A DNA stretch of 64,000 nt from Lingula anatina (taxonomy: Eukaryota > Animalia > Brachiopoda). Positions 1 through 11,158 of this stretch are shown here, in pieces. The notes under the pieces are model-generated. The model saw only the letters and a list, made by a program, of their open reading frames with translations, was not told where the DNA came from and did not search any database. The stretch's first letter is position 1. Every line of letters begins with the position of its first letter. Location: positions 9,804,954-9,868,953 of the forward strand of contig CM120644.1 of NCBI GenBank assembly GCA_051362555.1, given 5' to 3'. The position numbers were made by a program, and so were the translations under genes.

Positions 1-200
1 TCCGTCGTGCGACTTTTGGAGGACGCAAACAGCACGTAGAAACTTTTCACCAATTACTTTATTTCTTTCCATCGATCTAGCTACGTCCTAGCCAGACGCA
101 AGGAACCTAAAAACCGTGCATCCAAAACGTAGTTGGGACCTAGGCATTAACCGGACACGAAAAATTAAACCTAACAATAAAATGCAGTTGGCCAACTCAC

Positions 201-273
201 CGTCCGATTCAGCGAACAAATCTATAACTAGCATAGTCACCAAGAGCAAAGCGACTAAGGTTTTCTTCTCCAT
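201..273 (-). CDS. Secreted Arg-rich peptide precursor, paralog 1, exon 1 (signal peptide); remaining exons lie left of the window
   Basis: ATG at 273 reads MEKKTLVALLLVTMLVIDLFAESD+G, then a phase-1 donor GTGAGT at 200. Near-identical to exon 1 of the complete copy at 6886-6958. Confidence 0.8.
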
Positions 274-343
274 GTTGCTATAACGTGTCTCTCTCGGCAG
301 TCGTCTGAACAGGTATGTGAAGTTTCATCGATGCGACGGCTCG

Positions 344-381
344 TTATATAAGCACAGCAAAACCCCACCCAGCTTATGTAA
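344..381 (-). promoter_or_regulatory. TATA box (TATATAA, 344-350) and TTATGTAA bZIP-type site (374-381) of peptide paralog 1
   Basis: About 70 bp upstream of the ATG; conserved in paralog 2 (7032-7038, 7062-7069). Confidence 0.5.
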
Positions 382-2395
382 CTTACACTGTACTACGCGT
401 GACAGAACACACTCTCACCTGATATGAGCAAGAGGCCCACGAGCGTCAGCGAGAGGTGTTCATGGCATATATTGGTGCAGGGTGACAGTGTATTACTTGC
501 CCATACATACCAAAGAAGATGGGGTCTTATCTACCCGTAAAACACCCCTAAAACCAAATGAGAAATTCCAGATCGAGAGGTGTTTCATAGAATATACTCG
601 TCTTTGTAGCTGGTCAGCTGTCGCAAAATTCATATTGCCCATGATTTGCTGAGAACTTGTTTTGAAAGGTCAGCGTGCTTGAACAATATTCAGTCCTTTT
701 ATTTTGTCAGTCTGACTCGGTTGTGCTGCACTCTCACAGTTGGAGCCTGGGACAAATTCGTTAGGTGATTGTTTAAAGCCAAAACAGAAAAGAATAATTT
801 TAAGAGTATTTCTGATGAAGAAACAGTTTTGAAATTTGATTCTAATTACAGTTTAAAATTAATATTAATAAGGATTTATATTACTCCTTTTTAAATATGT
901 ATCATATAATGGATGCCTATATAAAATATATATTAAGAATCGTTCACTTAAAATAAACATTGAAATATATACTGAATAAAAATAACCAGTAACGTGTTTG
1001 TAACTCTTTTTAATTTCCTAAGTTCATGAATGCGCACATTTCATCGAAACATATATAAAAGGATGGAATAAAAGTGTTATTATATCTTTTTTTCCGATAT
1101 CAAGATAAAACATAAGCACCTTTCCATTGACATGTGCTTTTGTTAATAGGTAGGTGTTCCAATCTTTGGGTACATGTATGTATTCCCATGAAACATTAAT
1201 ACAGATGTTATAGTGCGTCCAATCCCATGGCGGGCAATACAGTGATGGTGTGTGCTTCATTGTTTGTGAGTTCAGGTAATATTATGCGAAAAGCTATATT
1301 GTGGATGTGTTCTTTAGATTTTTAAATTGTTCCGCGGCAAGTCCAGGTTGTCATAGCCAGCAAGTATACTCCAGTGTAGATCTGAAGAGGGTTTTGCAAA
1401 TTTCTATCAGATTATTTTTCTTCACTCCGACATGTCAGACCATGCACCAGATACACAGTCTTGGTCGCTCTTTGGAAGAAAATATTCTATATGTACACTT
1501 TTTAAGATTAAACTGATATTGACTCCAAGAACTTTCGCATGAGTCACTTTTTCAATAGTGAAATTTTCAGTCTCAATTGTTTTTTTTTTTTCTAAAATAA
1601 TAATCGGTGCTACATTTTTCTTTAGGATTGATCAGCATATTTTTCTTTTTTGTCTATTCATATAGGTACATGTATGAGACTGCTATAGGGAATTTATCTT
1701 CTATAAGAGGGATAGGTTCTTTTGCGTGGCCAAAATAGCAAATAGCTTATCATTTCTGCTCTATAAGCTGCTTATCTAGACATAAGTACAATAAGATTTA
1801 ACACTTGAAGAAAAATACGCCATCTTACCAGAATGCTAAAATGAATAACACACATCCATACCGATAGAATACGGGAAAGCTGGTGATTACACGAGTACGT
1901 TTTGAATAAGAAGAGGCATTAAATTAATTACAAAACTCGTGAACTTGATCTAAGCTTTATTAATCAACAAGAAGAAAAATTATTAAAAGAAGTACAATAA
2001 AGCTGAACACTCAATGTATACATTGTTTGGGATTTAATTGTATATTACTTAGGATAAGATATGGATATATGTGCTTGCGTATCTGGCATTATATTAGAAT
2101 ATTCTTATTATTATCTCGCATTACGTAATAACAAGTTTTTAACAATTTGAGATTTTTCAATGAAATTATTACAGTGATTGAAAGCTTCAAACAAAGTGAA
2201 ATACCTATGTGATCAATTTTGGTCGGTAATACTTTCATTGTTCTTCTTTAATTAATTTTTAATCAGCTATGTTTTAATATCACTTTGAGCAAAAATCATA
2301 AAATACACGCTTGGGACACAGCAGGAAATAGACATAGATTTTAGGCATTTTACTGTCCATATAGTAATCAATCTAACAGGTCAGAACACTTAATC

Positions 2396-2920
2396 AAGCC
2401 CTTAAGAATTATCGACTTGGAGGCCAATTTCGAAAAAGTTTCTGGCAACTTCAAGGAAGATGCGTTGGAGAGGGGCCTCAATGAAAAAATTGCCTTTAAA
2501 CGTTTTCCTTTGCTTAGATGTTTCAAGATTTTTCATAGTATACAATATGTACGTTCAGCATTGAAAAATAAATTAAGGTATTTCTTTCAATTAGTCGTGC
2601 GTTAGAGCGTATTCTTCGCTCGGTTTACTAGCCGACGTATGGTGTGCAATCCCCAAGGTCGTAGATTCCCTTTTTGCATGCTGACACGCTTCTCAATATC
2701 TCAGCCGGTCTGAAAATTGGGTCATATCCTTGGATGGTCCTTCTCAACTTGCCCTGAAATATTTAACTTCCTCGTTAATATATTCGATTTATTACTAAGG
2801 AGTGAAAGAGATATCCCAATAGTACTAGTATTATATATTAGATGTAACAGTCTTTTAGATGTGGCAAGGTGTTAGGTAAGATAGGCATAGCACTGTCTAA
2901 AATATAACAGGGTGTTAGGT
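2396..2920. repeat. Dispersed repeat, copy 1 (aagcccttaagaat... to gtgttaggt-rich end)
   Basis: Highly similar, same orientation, to about 15215-15745. Confidence 0.85.
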
Positions 2921-3024
2921 ATAGGTGCTAGATGTGATAGTGCTTAATTTGGAATCTTGGAGGTTCAGATTTGACACATGGACAATTCATTTTTACCGTT
3001 TAGTAAATTTTCTAATTGCTTTAG

Positions 3025-3304
3025 GTGTGGGTTTCCCAACAAGACCCGAAGTCTTTGGACTCGACGTTCAAATACCATAGCTTTGTAACAGGATTTGGAA
3101 AATTGTACACAACACCCAAGAAGGTAAGGAATCGGATTTTGATTTTTTAATTGATGTATGATTTAAATCAAATTGATTCTTTTGTTAATATTTTTCTCTC
3201 TTTTATCTCAGCTCACCGACCTAGATGAAGAATCATCTTTACGTCTCTTAGAACAGTTAGAACAACTGAATGAAACTATTCAAAGAAAGCTGAAATCACA
3301 GTAA
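3025..3304 (+). CDS. Two orphan terminal coding exons of an unidentified gene or captured gene fragment
   Basis: Exon 3025-3123 (ttag|...AAG|gtaagg) reads VWVSQQDPKSLDSTFKYHSFVTGFGKLYTTPKK. An 88-nt intron with a strong pyrimidine tract follows. Exon 3212-3304 reads LTDLDEESSLRLLEQLEQLNETIQRKLKSQ*. Both are phase 0 and open. Confidence 0.5.
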
Positions 3305-4900
3305 TTGATGCCGCCAGCGTTCATCAGGGTTGCAAACGTCACTGTTCAAGGTTTACTTTATTGTCCAACGCACAGTATCCTTTTGACTGCGGGTTTTGTG
3401 GATAAATAGATGACATGCAAATGACTAGGTGAATACATGAATAGAATGTCAGGAATAAAGTGCGAAAGAAAATCATGGAAATCGAAAAGACATATGGATA
3501 AAGTTTGTGCTAGCACTAAGGCTGTCCGCCTATTGTACGGCAATGGAGTGCATCGTTAAATGCGAAGCGGAGACTCTGTAAAAAGTGGGGCAAGGCAGCA
3601 ATGTCGCAGCACGAGGGACAGGATTCTGGAAATGAAAAAAATATTAAAGAATCATTGTTATTTCTTTCAGGAACATTCCGGGCCTTCAAAGGCATTATGG
3701 TGAAAGAAAAGATAATACATATATGTATGAATTTAAGTCGATTATGCACAAAATATCCATTCATTTATTCATTGTAAAACTTGTAAAAATGCTAATGCTT
3801 CATAACAACTCTTCGTATGATTTTCATATTTCTCAATTAATTCGTTGTAATAACTCATCAAAAAAATATTAAGCACTAAAATGGCAGTTATCGCAATTGT
3901 TCTGGAATCGGTACTTGTTATCGGATCATGTGACCTCTATAGATGGCCATCATCTGTTATAATCCGTTATGAGATTCAAACGAAAAACCAAACTTATTAA
4001 AAAACCGGGAATAACTTCGAATGTCCAAACGAAATCCATAACTATTGGGAAGTATGGGAAAAGGTTTTTCGTCCCAGGAAAATCTAATTTTTGGCCAAAA
4101 TTAACAGTTGTTTTCCCTAATTATGATTCACCGTTCTTGAAAAAGTTCAATTAAAATTTTCTATGGAAAAAATTTAGAATTTACATTTAAATTGTTGTTC
4201 TTTGTGTAACATAACTGTAAAACTCACTAATTTACAAGTGCAATTTTCACCGTTTTGTATGCAAAACTGACAAAATAAAGAAACTGCACTTCACAAGTAA
4301 CCCAACAATATCGATCGGCGTGGGTTTTATCCGACTGTGCTCAAAACATTAATGATCTATGTGGAATGAATAAAAAACCTATTTGGCATCGAATGATATT
4401 TAATGGATGACATTAAATGTTTTTCATTTTGATCTAGTTTTTTTTTTCAAAAAGACAAAAGAGTAAGGCTATTATACAATAAAAGATCGCATGATTTATT
4501 AGCTCAGTTTTTTAGGTTTGCCCCACCTCAATTCTTTTATGTTTAGAATTATTTTATTTCACGAAAACAAAATTACTTGGAAATATATTGTTTGTTAAGT
4601 TACATAAAGGATTGGCTGAATTCATTAATACCCTTCAATCTTTTTTCCTCTTATAAATCGTTTAAATTTCACGCTCTCACGGTTAAAGACCTAAAGCTTC
4701 AAAACCTGTTAACTTATCTCACGGTATTGTATGGATGGTTCCCAGTGATAATGGTGTTATTGCTGACAATCAAAAGCTTTGATTTGATTAAATGCATGTT
4801 TATTAAATTAATAAACGAAAAACATCCAACAAAAGTAAACTTTAATCGGTTCTTGATTTTTTTTTTTCAAGAAGGCCCTACACCTTCATTGTAGCTCAAT

Positions 4901-4906
4901 TTTATT
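4901..4906 (-). terminator. Probable polyadenylation signal (AATAAA) of peptide paralog 2
   Basis: tttatt on the + strand, about 200 nt downstream of the stop at 5100. Confidence 0.4.
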
Positions 4907-5099
4907 GTCCGTCTTTATAACAGTCATGCATACCAAGTTTATGCCATGATTAAGAACCGTTTGCGTATATCAGGGAACTGAATAATAGGCAACTGGAAGT
5001 CAAATGACCACAGACGAGACAGCAGATGCTAAACGTTTGGTTCTCGTCTGGAGGGCCACGTCTGATTCTCGTGTGATCTTCAGAGTCCAGTTTTGCTTG

Positions 5100-6958
5100 T
5101 TACTCGTGTCCCTCCTCATCGTCAGCATCTTCAACATCATCGTTTGCCAATTGCTCCACCAAGCGGGCCAGCACATATGCCTAAATAAGATACAGAATAT
5201 TAGTTCTTATCTCTCTACCTCTGTAGAAATTAGAAAAAAAACAGAACGACGGAAAATCGTTTAAAAACAACTTGAGAAAAGCTTTGTAATTGAATGGAAA
5301 TTTCACGTTATTCAACATCCTCTTTCACGTCATGGACTCAACTTAATGGCTTATCCAGCGTTATGCGGCACCCTTTGGTTGCCTCCTTCCTGTACCTGCA
5401 CAAAGTTTTGAGCGTTCTGTGGAAGCATTTACCCTGAACTGCTTCTGACAGATGTAAAGAGATCGTGCTATTTTAAATGTTTGTTTATACTGAAGACAGA
5501 GTCTTCAGTAACGTGACAGAGTCCCCCATGATAGAGAGTCCGCTTCCCACTCACTTGTACAGGTAAGCCTCGCCCTCGAGTTAGACCAACTTAGGTCAGG
5601 CTAACCCTAACCATTATAACTAAATAGCCGATTTTCTGTTTACACTGACCCTTAGTTTCGTTACACCGGCACAAAACCTTTTTGGATTCCTTAAAGATAT
5701 TGCTGGTATCGAGAAAATAGTTAATATGATAAAGTCATGTTAACGGGTCTTAGGGTTCAGAATGATACTGACAAAATGGAACTTACTTCCTCACTGGACT
5801 GATCAGCCTCATTTATCAGACTGTTTTCACCTGGAGCTGCTGATGGATCTCTGACAGCTGCACGACGACGACGACGACGACGACTCCAAAATGCTATAAA
5901 ATGATAAAGAGAAAATGTTAAATGTAAGGAAATTTTAAGTAAAGATGCGTGTATAGTTTTCTCCGTGTCCGTGTGTGTATGTGTGTGTGTGGGGGGGGGG
6001 GGGGGTGAGAGAGAGAGAGAGGTGTCAAAGGGTTCATGAATATAGGAAGGACACTTAAGATATAAGATGCAAAAGAATAATGTACTACTATTATATAAAG
6101 AAAACTGCTCCATGTGTCAAGACAACTTACAACTTGCTTTTGAAGTCTGATATAATAATTTGCTAACTCTTAAAACGAGGGTTTAATGGAGTGACATCAA
6201 AAAAGAAGCTGAATAAAAATTTTAAAAAACAATTTACAGTAACCTTAAAAAGCCATTTCTTCAAGCGTTTTTTCGGTAGATCAACACTACGAAGTTTCAT
6301 ATTGCAATTGCCAGTAGAATGCAAATGGTTGTCCAAATTTAATTTACACCAAATTGGTTATTGGCACTTTAAAAGATGTAAAAATACCGCTAGCAAATAA
6401 AGCAGTCAACAACCACAAAAAGAATCCGCGTCTCTTACTTTAACTTTCAAACATTATAATTCAAGAACAAGTAATTTGAAGGAACCTCTCTATTTAGCAT
6501 TAAAAGATACACTGGGCTCACCTGCAGTAGCCAGTATAGTGTTTTGATTGTGATAAAACCGTAAACTATTCGCACAGTTGTTCCTTTTTTAAGCCTAGGT
6601 TCCAACCGAACGTACGGGCTGTTACGTGTGGTCTACTGCCAAACAAAAATGGGGAAAACGTGGGAGTTCGTGCGTGAAGAGCACGTCCGTCGTGCGACTT
6701 TTAGAGGATGCAAACAGAACGTAGAAACTTTTCATCAATAACTTTATTTCTTTCCAGCGATCTAGCCAAGTCCTAGCCAGACGCAAGGAACCTAAAAACC
6801 ATGCGTCCAAAACGTAGTTGGGACCTAGGCATTAACCGGACACGAAAAATAAAACCTAACAATAAAATGCAGTTGGCCAACTCACCGTCCGATTCAGCGA
6901 ACAAATCTAGAACTAGCATAGTCACCAAGAGCAAAGCGACTAAGGTTTTCTTCTCCAT
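5100..6958 (-). CDS. Secreted Arg-rich cationic peptide precursor with acidic C-terminal region (candidate antimicrobial peptide), paralog 2, complete, 86 aa
   Basis: Exons 6958-6886, 5893-5787 and 5180-5100 (73+107+81 = 261 nt), all GT-AG with consistent phases 1 and 0. Protein: MEKKTLVALLLVTMLVLDLFAESDA-FWSRRRRRRRAAVR-DPSAAPGENSLINEADQSSEEAYVLARLVEQLANDDVEDADDEEGHE*. Confidence 0.85.
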
Positions 6959-7031
6959 GTTGCTATAACGTAGTGTCTCTCTCGGCAGTCGTCTGAACAG
7001 GTATGTGAAGTTTCATCGATGCGACGGCTCG

Positions 7032-7069
7032 TTATATAAGCACAGCAAAACCCCACCCAGCTTATGTAA
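7032..7069 (-). promoter_or_regulatory. TATA box and TTATGTAA site of peptide paralog 2
   Basis: TATATAA about 75 bp upstream of the ATG at 6958; conserved between paralogs. Confidence 0.5.
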
Positions 7070-7590
7070 CTTACACTGTACTACGCGTGACAGAACTCAC
7101 TCTCACCTGATATGAGCGAGAGGCCCACTAGCGTCAGTGAGAGGTGTTCATGGCACATATTGGTGCAGGCTGGCAGTGTATTACTTGCCCATACATACCA
7201 AAGAAGATGGGGTCTTATCTACCCGTAAAACACCCCTAAAACCAAATGAGAAATTCCAGATCGAGAGGTGTTTCATAGAATATACTCGTCTTTAAAGCTA
7301 GTCAGCTGTCGCAAAATTCATATTGCCCATGATTTGCTGAGAACAGTCCATTTATTTTGTCAGTCCGACTCGGTTGTGCTGCACTCTCACAGTTGGAGCC
7401 TTGAACAAATTCGTAAGGTGCTTGTTTCAAGCCAAAACAGAAAAAAATAATTTTTAGAGTATTTCTGATGAAGAAACAGTTTTGAAATTTGATTCTAATT
7501 ACAGTTTAAAATTAACATTCATAAGGATTTATATTATCCTTTTTTAACATGTATTATATAATGGATTCCTTTATAAAATGTATATTAAGA

Positions 7591-8081
7591 GCGCATTCTC
7601 AACAAATTAAGCCAGGCTTTACAAAGCCGGTGACCTAAAAATGGCGGACGTACATGAAAGAAAAACCGCCTAATCTTTTAATAGTCTCTCCGCCTCTCAC
7701 GAACATTAATATTTCCGTGAATATCTCTGGTAATATTATCTCCGTAGGTAGTCGATTCATTGCTGCTCTACAGGCCAAATCATTCCTTTTTTCGTCTCTG
7801 TTTTCAAAGATAATAGAACAGAAGAGCTTTTTTCCTTCGATCGCCTTCAGCCGCCATGCTTTCTTCACCACGAGTTTAACTGATGAGCATGCGCACTTAA
7901 TATTTCTCAGGTAGCTTCCGCATGGCGAACGGAGACGCGATTTAATTACTGTACCCCGCAGGGACGACGTGTGGGGAGGCGGAGAGACTATTAAAAGATT
8001 AAGCGGTTTTTCTTTCATGTACGTCCGCCATTTTTAGGTCACCGGCTTTGTAAAGCCTGGCTTAATTCGTTGAGAATGCGC
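7591..8081. mobile_element. Fold-back/MITE element with about 106-bp TIRs (GCGCATTCTCAAC...), flanked by an identical 40-bp direct repeat
   Basis: 7591-7696 is the near-perfect reverse complement of 7976-8081. 7551-7590 equals 8082-8121. The paralogous empty site (899-938) has one copy of the 40-mer and no element. Confidence 0.92.
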
Positions 8082-8756
8082 GTATTATATAATGGATTCC
8101 TTTATAAAATGTATATTAAGAATCGTTCACTTAAAATAAACATTGAAATATATACTGAATAAAAATAGCCAGTAACGTGTTTGTAACTCTTTTTAATTTC
8201 CTAAGATCATGAATGTGCACATTTCATCGAAACATATATAAAAGGATGGAATAAAAGTGTTATTATATCTTTTTTCCGATATCAAGATAAAACATAAGCA
8301 CCTTTCCATTGACATGTGCTTTTGTTAATAGGTGCATGGGTGTTCCAATCTATGGGTACATAATGTATTCCCATGAAACATTTATACAGAAGTTAGTGCG
8401 TCCAATCCCATGGCGGGCAATACAGTGATGGTCTGTGCTTCATTGTTTGTGAGTTCAGGTAATATTATGCGAAAAGCTATATTGTGGATGTGTTCTTTGG
8501 ATTTTTAAATTGTTCCGCGGCTAGTCCAGGTTGTCATAGCCAGCAAGTATACTCCAGCGTAGATCTGAAGAGGGTTTTGCAAATTTCTATAAGATTATTT
8601 TTCTTCACTCCGACATGTCAGACCATGCACCAGATACACAGTCATGGTCGCGCTTTGGAAAGAAATATTCTGTATGTACACTTTTTAAGATTAAACTGAT
8701 ATGGACTCCAAGAACTTTGGCATGAGTCACTTTTTCAATAGTGAAATTTTCAGTCC

Positions 8757-8788
<32 letters not shown>

Positions 8789-10323
8789 GTCTAAAATAAT
8801 AATCGGTGCTACATTTTTCTTTAGGAATGATCAGCATATTTTTCTGTTTTGTCTATTCTTATAGGTACATGCATAGGGAATTTATCTTCTTTAAGAGGGA
8901 TAGGTTCTTTTACGTGGCCAAAATAGCAAATAGCTTATCATTTCTGTTATATTAGCTGCTTATCTAGATATAAGTACAATAAGATTTAACACTTGAAGCA
9001 AAAAATGCCATCTTACCAGAATGCTAAAATAAATAACACACATCCGCCTGGCGTTAAGTACCGGTAGAATACGGGAAAACTGGTAATTACACGAGTACGT
9101 TTAAAATAAGAAAAGGCATTAAATTAATGACAAAACTCGTGAGGTTGATCTAAGCTTTATTAATCAACAAGAAGAAAAATTATTAAAAGAAGTACAATAA
9201 AGCTGAACACTCAATGTATAGATTGTTTGGGATTTAATTGTATATTACTTAGGATAAGATATGGATATACGTGCTTGCGTATCTGGCATTATATTACAAT
9301 ATTCTTATGATCATCACGCATTACATAATGACAAGTTTTTAAACAGTTTGAGATTTTTCAATCAAATTATTACAGTGATTGAATGCTTCATACAAAGTGA
9401 AATACCTATGTGATCAATTTTGGTCGGTAATGCTCTCATTGTTCTTCTTTAATTAATTTTTAATCAGCTATGTTTTAATATCACTTTGAGCAAAAATCAT
9501 AAAATGAACGCTTGGGACACAGCAGGCAATAGACATAGATTTCAGAGATTTTTACTGTCCATACTGTAATCAGTCCAATAGTTGAGAACACTTACAGTAG
9601 TAATAAAAATTAGGTTTCCGTTGTACGACGTTTTAAAAACGTCAGAAAGGTTTTAATCCCTATACTATGAATAGAAGGGGGCGGACAAACAATGGAGAGC
9701 CGTCTAATCCCTTCAAAATTCGAACGCCAAAACACAATAGCTTAGACGTAATAACACACAATACCTTAGGCGAGTGAACCCCATGACGCCTGTTTCTGTG
9801 GTCCAGCGCGAGCACGACAATCCGCTGTGACTAGGTGTAATTAACAGCAGGATACATCAGTCAGTAAGTGCCCATTGTTTGTTGCGGCGATAGGATTATA
9901 CTCCAGTGGCCACCTATCCTTTTGTTCACTAGCTTGGCACACGCAGCTGATCATGTTTTAAGTGTTGCAAGAAAACTGCTAGTTTAATTTAGTATCAGTT
10001 TTTTAATTCAACATGAAGTGTTCTGTGGTCAAAAATTGAATTTGATAGACATGCATCAGCATCGTACATCAGCATGATCAACAAATCATCCCGTCTCAAA
10101 AAGTTTAAAGATGCTCCGTACACAAATTTCCATCATCGCTACCTGTGTAAAAATACATTACTGTTTAGAGATAACAAAGAAAGAAACATTATTAAAACAA
10201 TTTATTCACATTACAAGCTGGCGTGTTGCCTCAATTACTACATTAAGTTACATTTTATATAAAATAATAGAGCGAATCCGTAAAAGGATAATAATAGAAA
10301 GTCTTAATAAATAAATATATAAA

Positions 10324-10490
10324 CAGGCCCGCAGCCAGGGGGAGTTCGGGAGGTTCGAAAAACACCCCTTTTGCTTAAAAAAGGCCTACTCTGGGTAAAA
10401 TTTGACATAAATACATGGGGATTTTTCGGTAAAAGGTCCACTTTTTCAGAAAAAGACACTCCCTCTTTAAAACTGCTGGCTACGGGATTG
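10324..10490. mobile_element. Short MITE, CAGGCCCGYAGCC family, copy 1
   Basis: Termini CAGGCCCGCAGCCAG / CTGGCTACGGGATTG; internal aaaaggtccac...cagaaaaaga shared with 29179-29359; ataaa on both flanks. Confidence 0.7.
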
Positions 10491-11158
10491 ATAAATAAAT
10501 AAATAAAAATATTATTTAAAGAATGAAGTAAATAATTAGGTTACATTAAGAATCAAATAAAAAATAGATAAAAATTAGATGATTTAAATCATTAAATTAA
10601 ATTAATAAATAATAAATAAATTATGATTTAATAATTGAATGAATAAATCGCTGTGAAGAAATAATCATTGTCGCAGCTAACGCGGTGAGTGTCAACCCAC
10701 ATAACTTATAACTCCTTGATTCAACGTACTTTCATAAACATGTAGTGTGACCACACTGTCAGCCACCCCCCTTGTTGCACGTTGCAAGCGATTTGTCTCA
10801 TAACTATGACAAGGCGTTCTTTTTTCTTGTTGTTGTTTAAAAACGGACCACTTTGTCAAGGCTAATTGCTTAGCTCCCTGCGCGTCATATGTACTTAGCT
10901 CTTTGCGCGACCTAGGTAAACGCTAAGATATGAATGTTAGACCGGGTAGTTGATTGTTTTGCCCGGGCGCCGCACTTATGCTTTCTTACTAGAGCGATCT
11001 AGAACAAGTCGCTAGTTTGCCCTGTTTGTAACTAAAGCAAAATATGTTCGACATGCCGTTTCTGCACGACAGCCGGAGACACAGTAATTGTATAAGGCAT
11101 GGTTTAAGCTTGTTCGAGAGATGATAACAGTCGCGTTTAACAAAAGATAGTAAGACCC

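Larger units (their letters stand above)
1..2390. repeat. Segmental tandem duplication, copy A (intron 1 part, exon 1 and upstream region of the peptide gene)
   Basis: Aligns by eye with about 6686-9590 (offset 6685 at the left end), with scattered substitutions and small indels. Confidence 0.95.
6686..9590. repeat. Segmental tandem duplication, copy B (contains an extra fold-back insertion)
   Basis: Matches 1-2390 apart from the 7591-8121 insertion and small indels. Confidence 0.95.

Noticed and set aside
88-200. C-terminal part of the 61-aa ORFs (ELANCILLL...), also 6773-6885
   Set aside because: Read-through into intron 1 past a canonical GTGAGT donor.
1301-1516. 71-aa ORF repeated at 8484-8699
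   Set aside because: GTG start; conserved only because it lies in the recent duplication.
7635-8018. Two opposite-strand ORFs both starting MKEKP
   Set aside because: Artefact of the element's terminal inverted repeats; no coding features.
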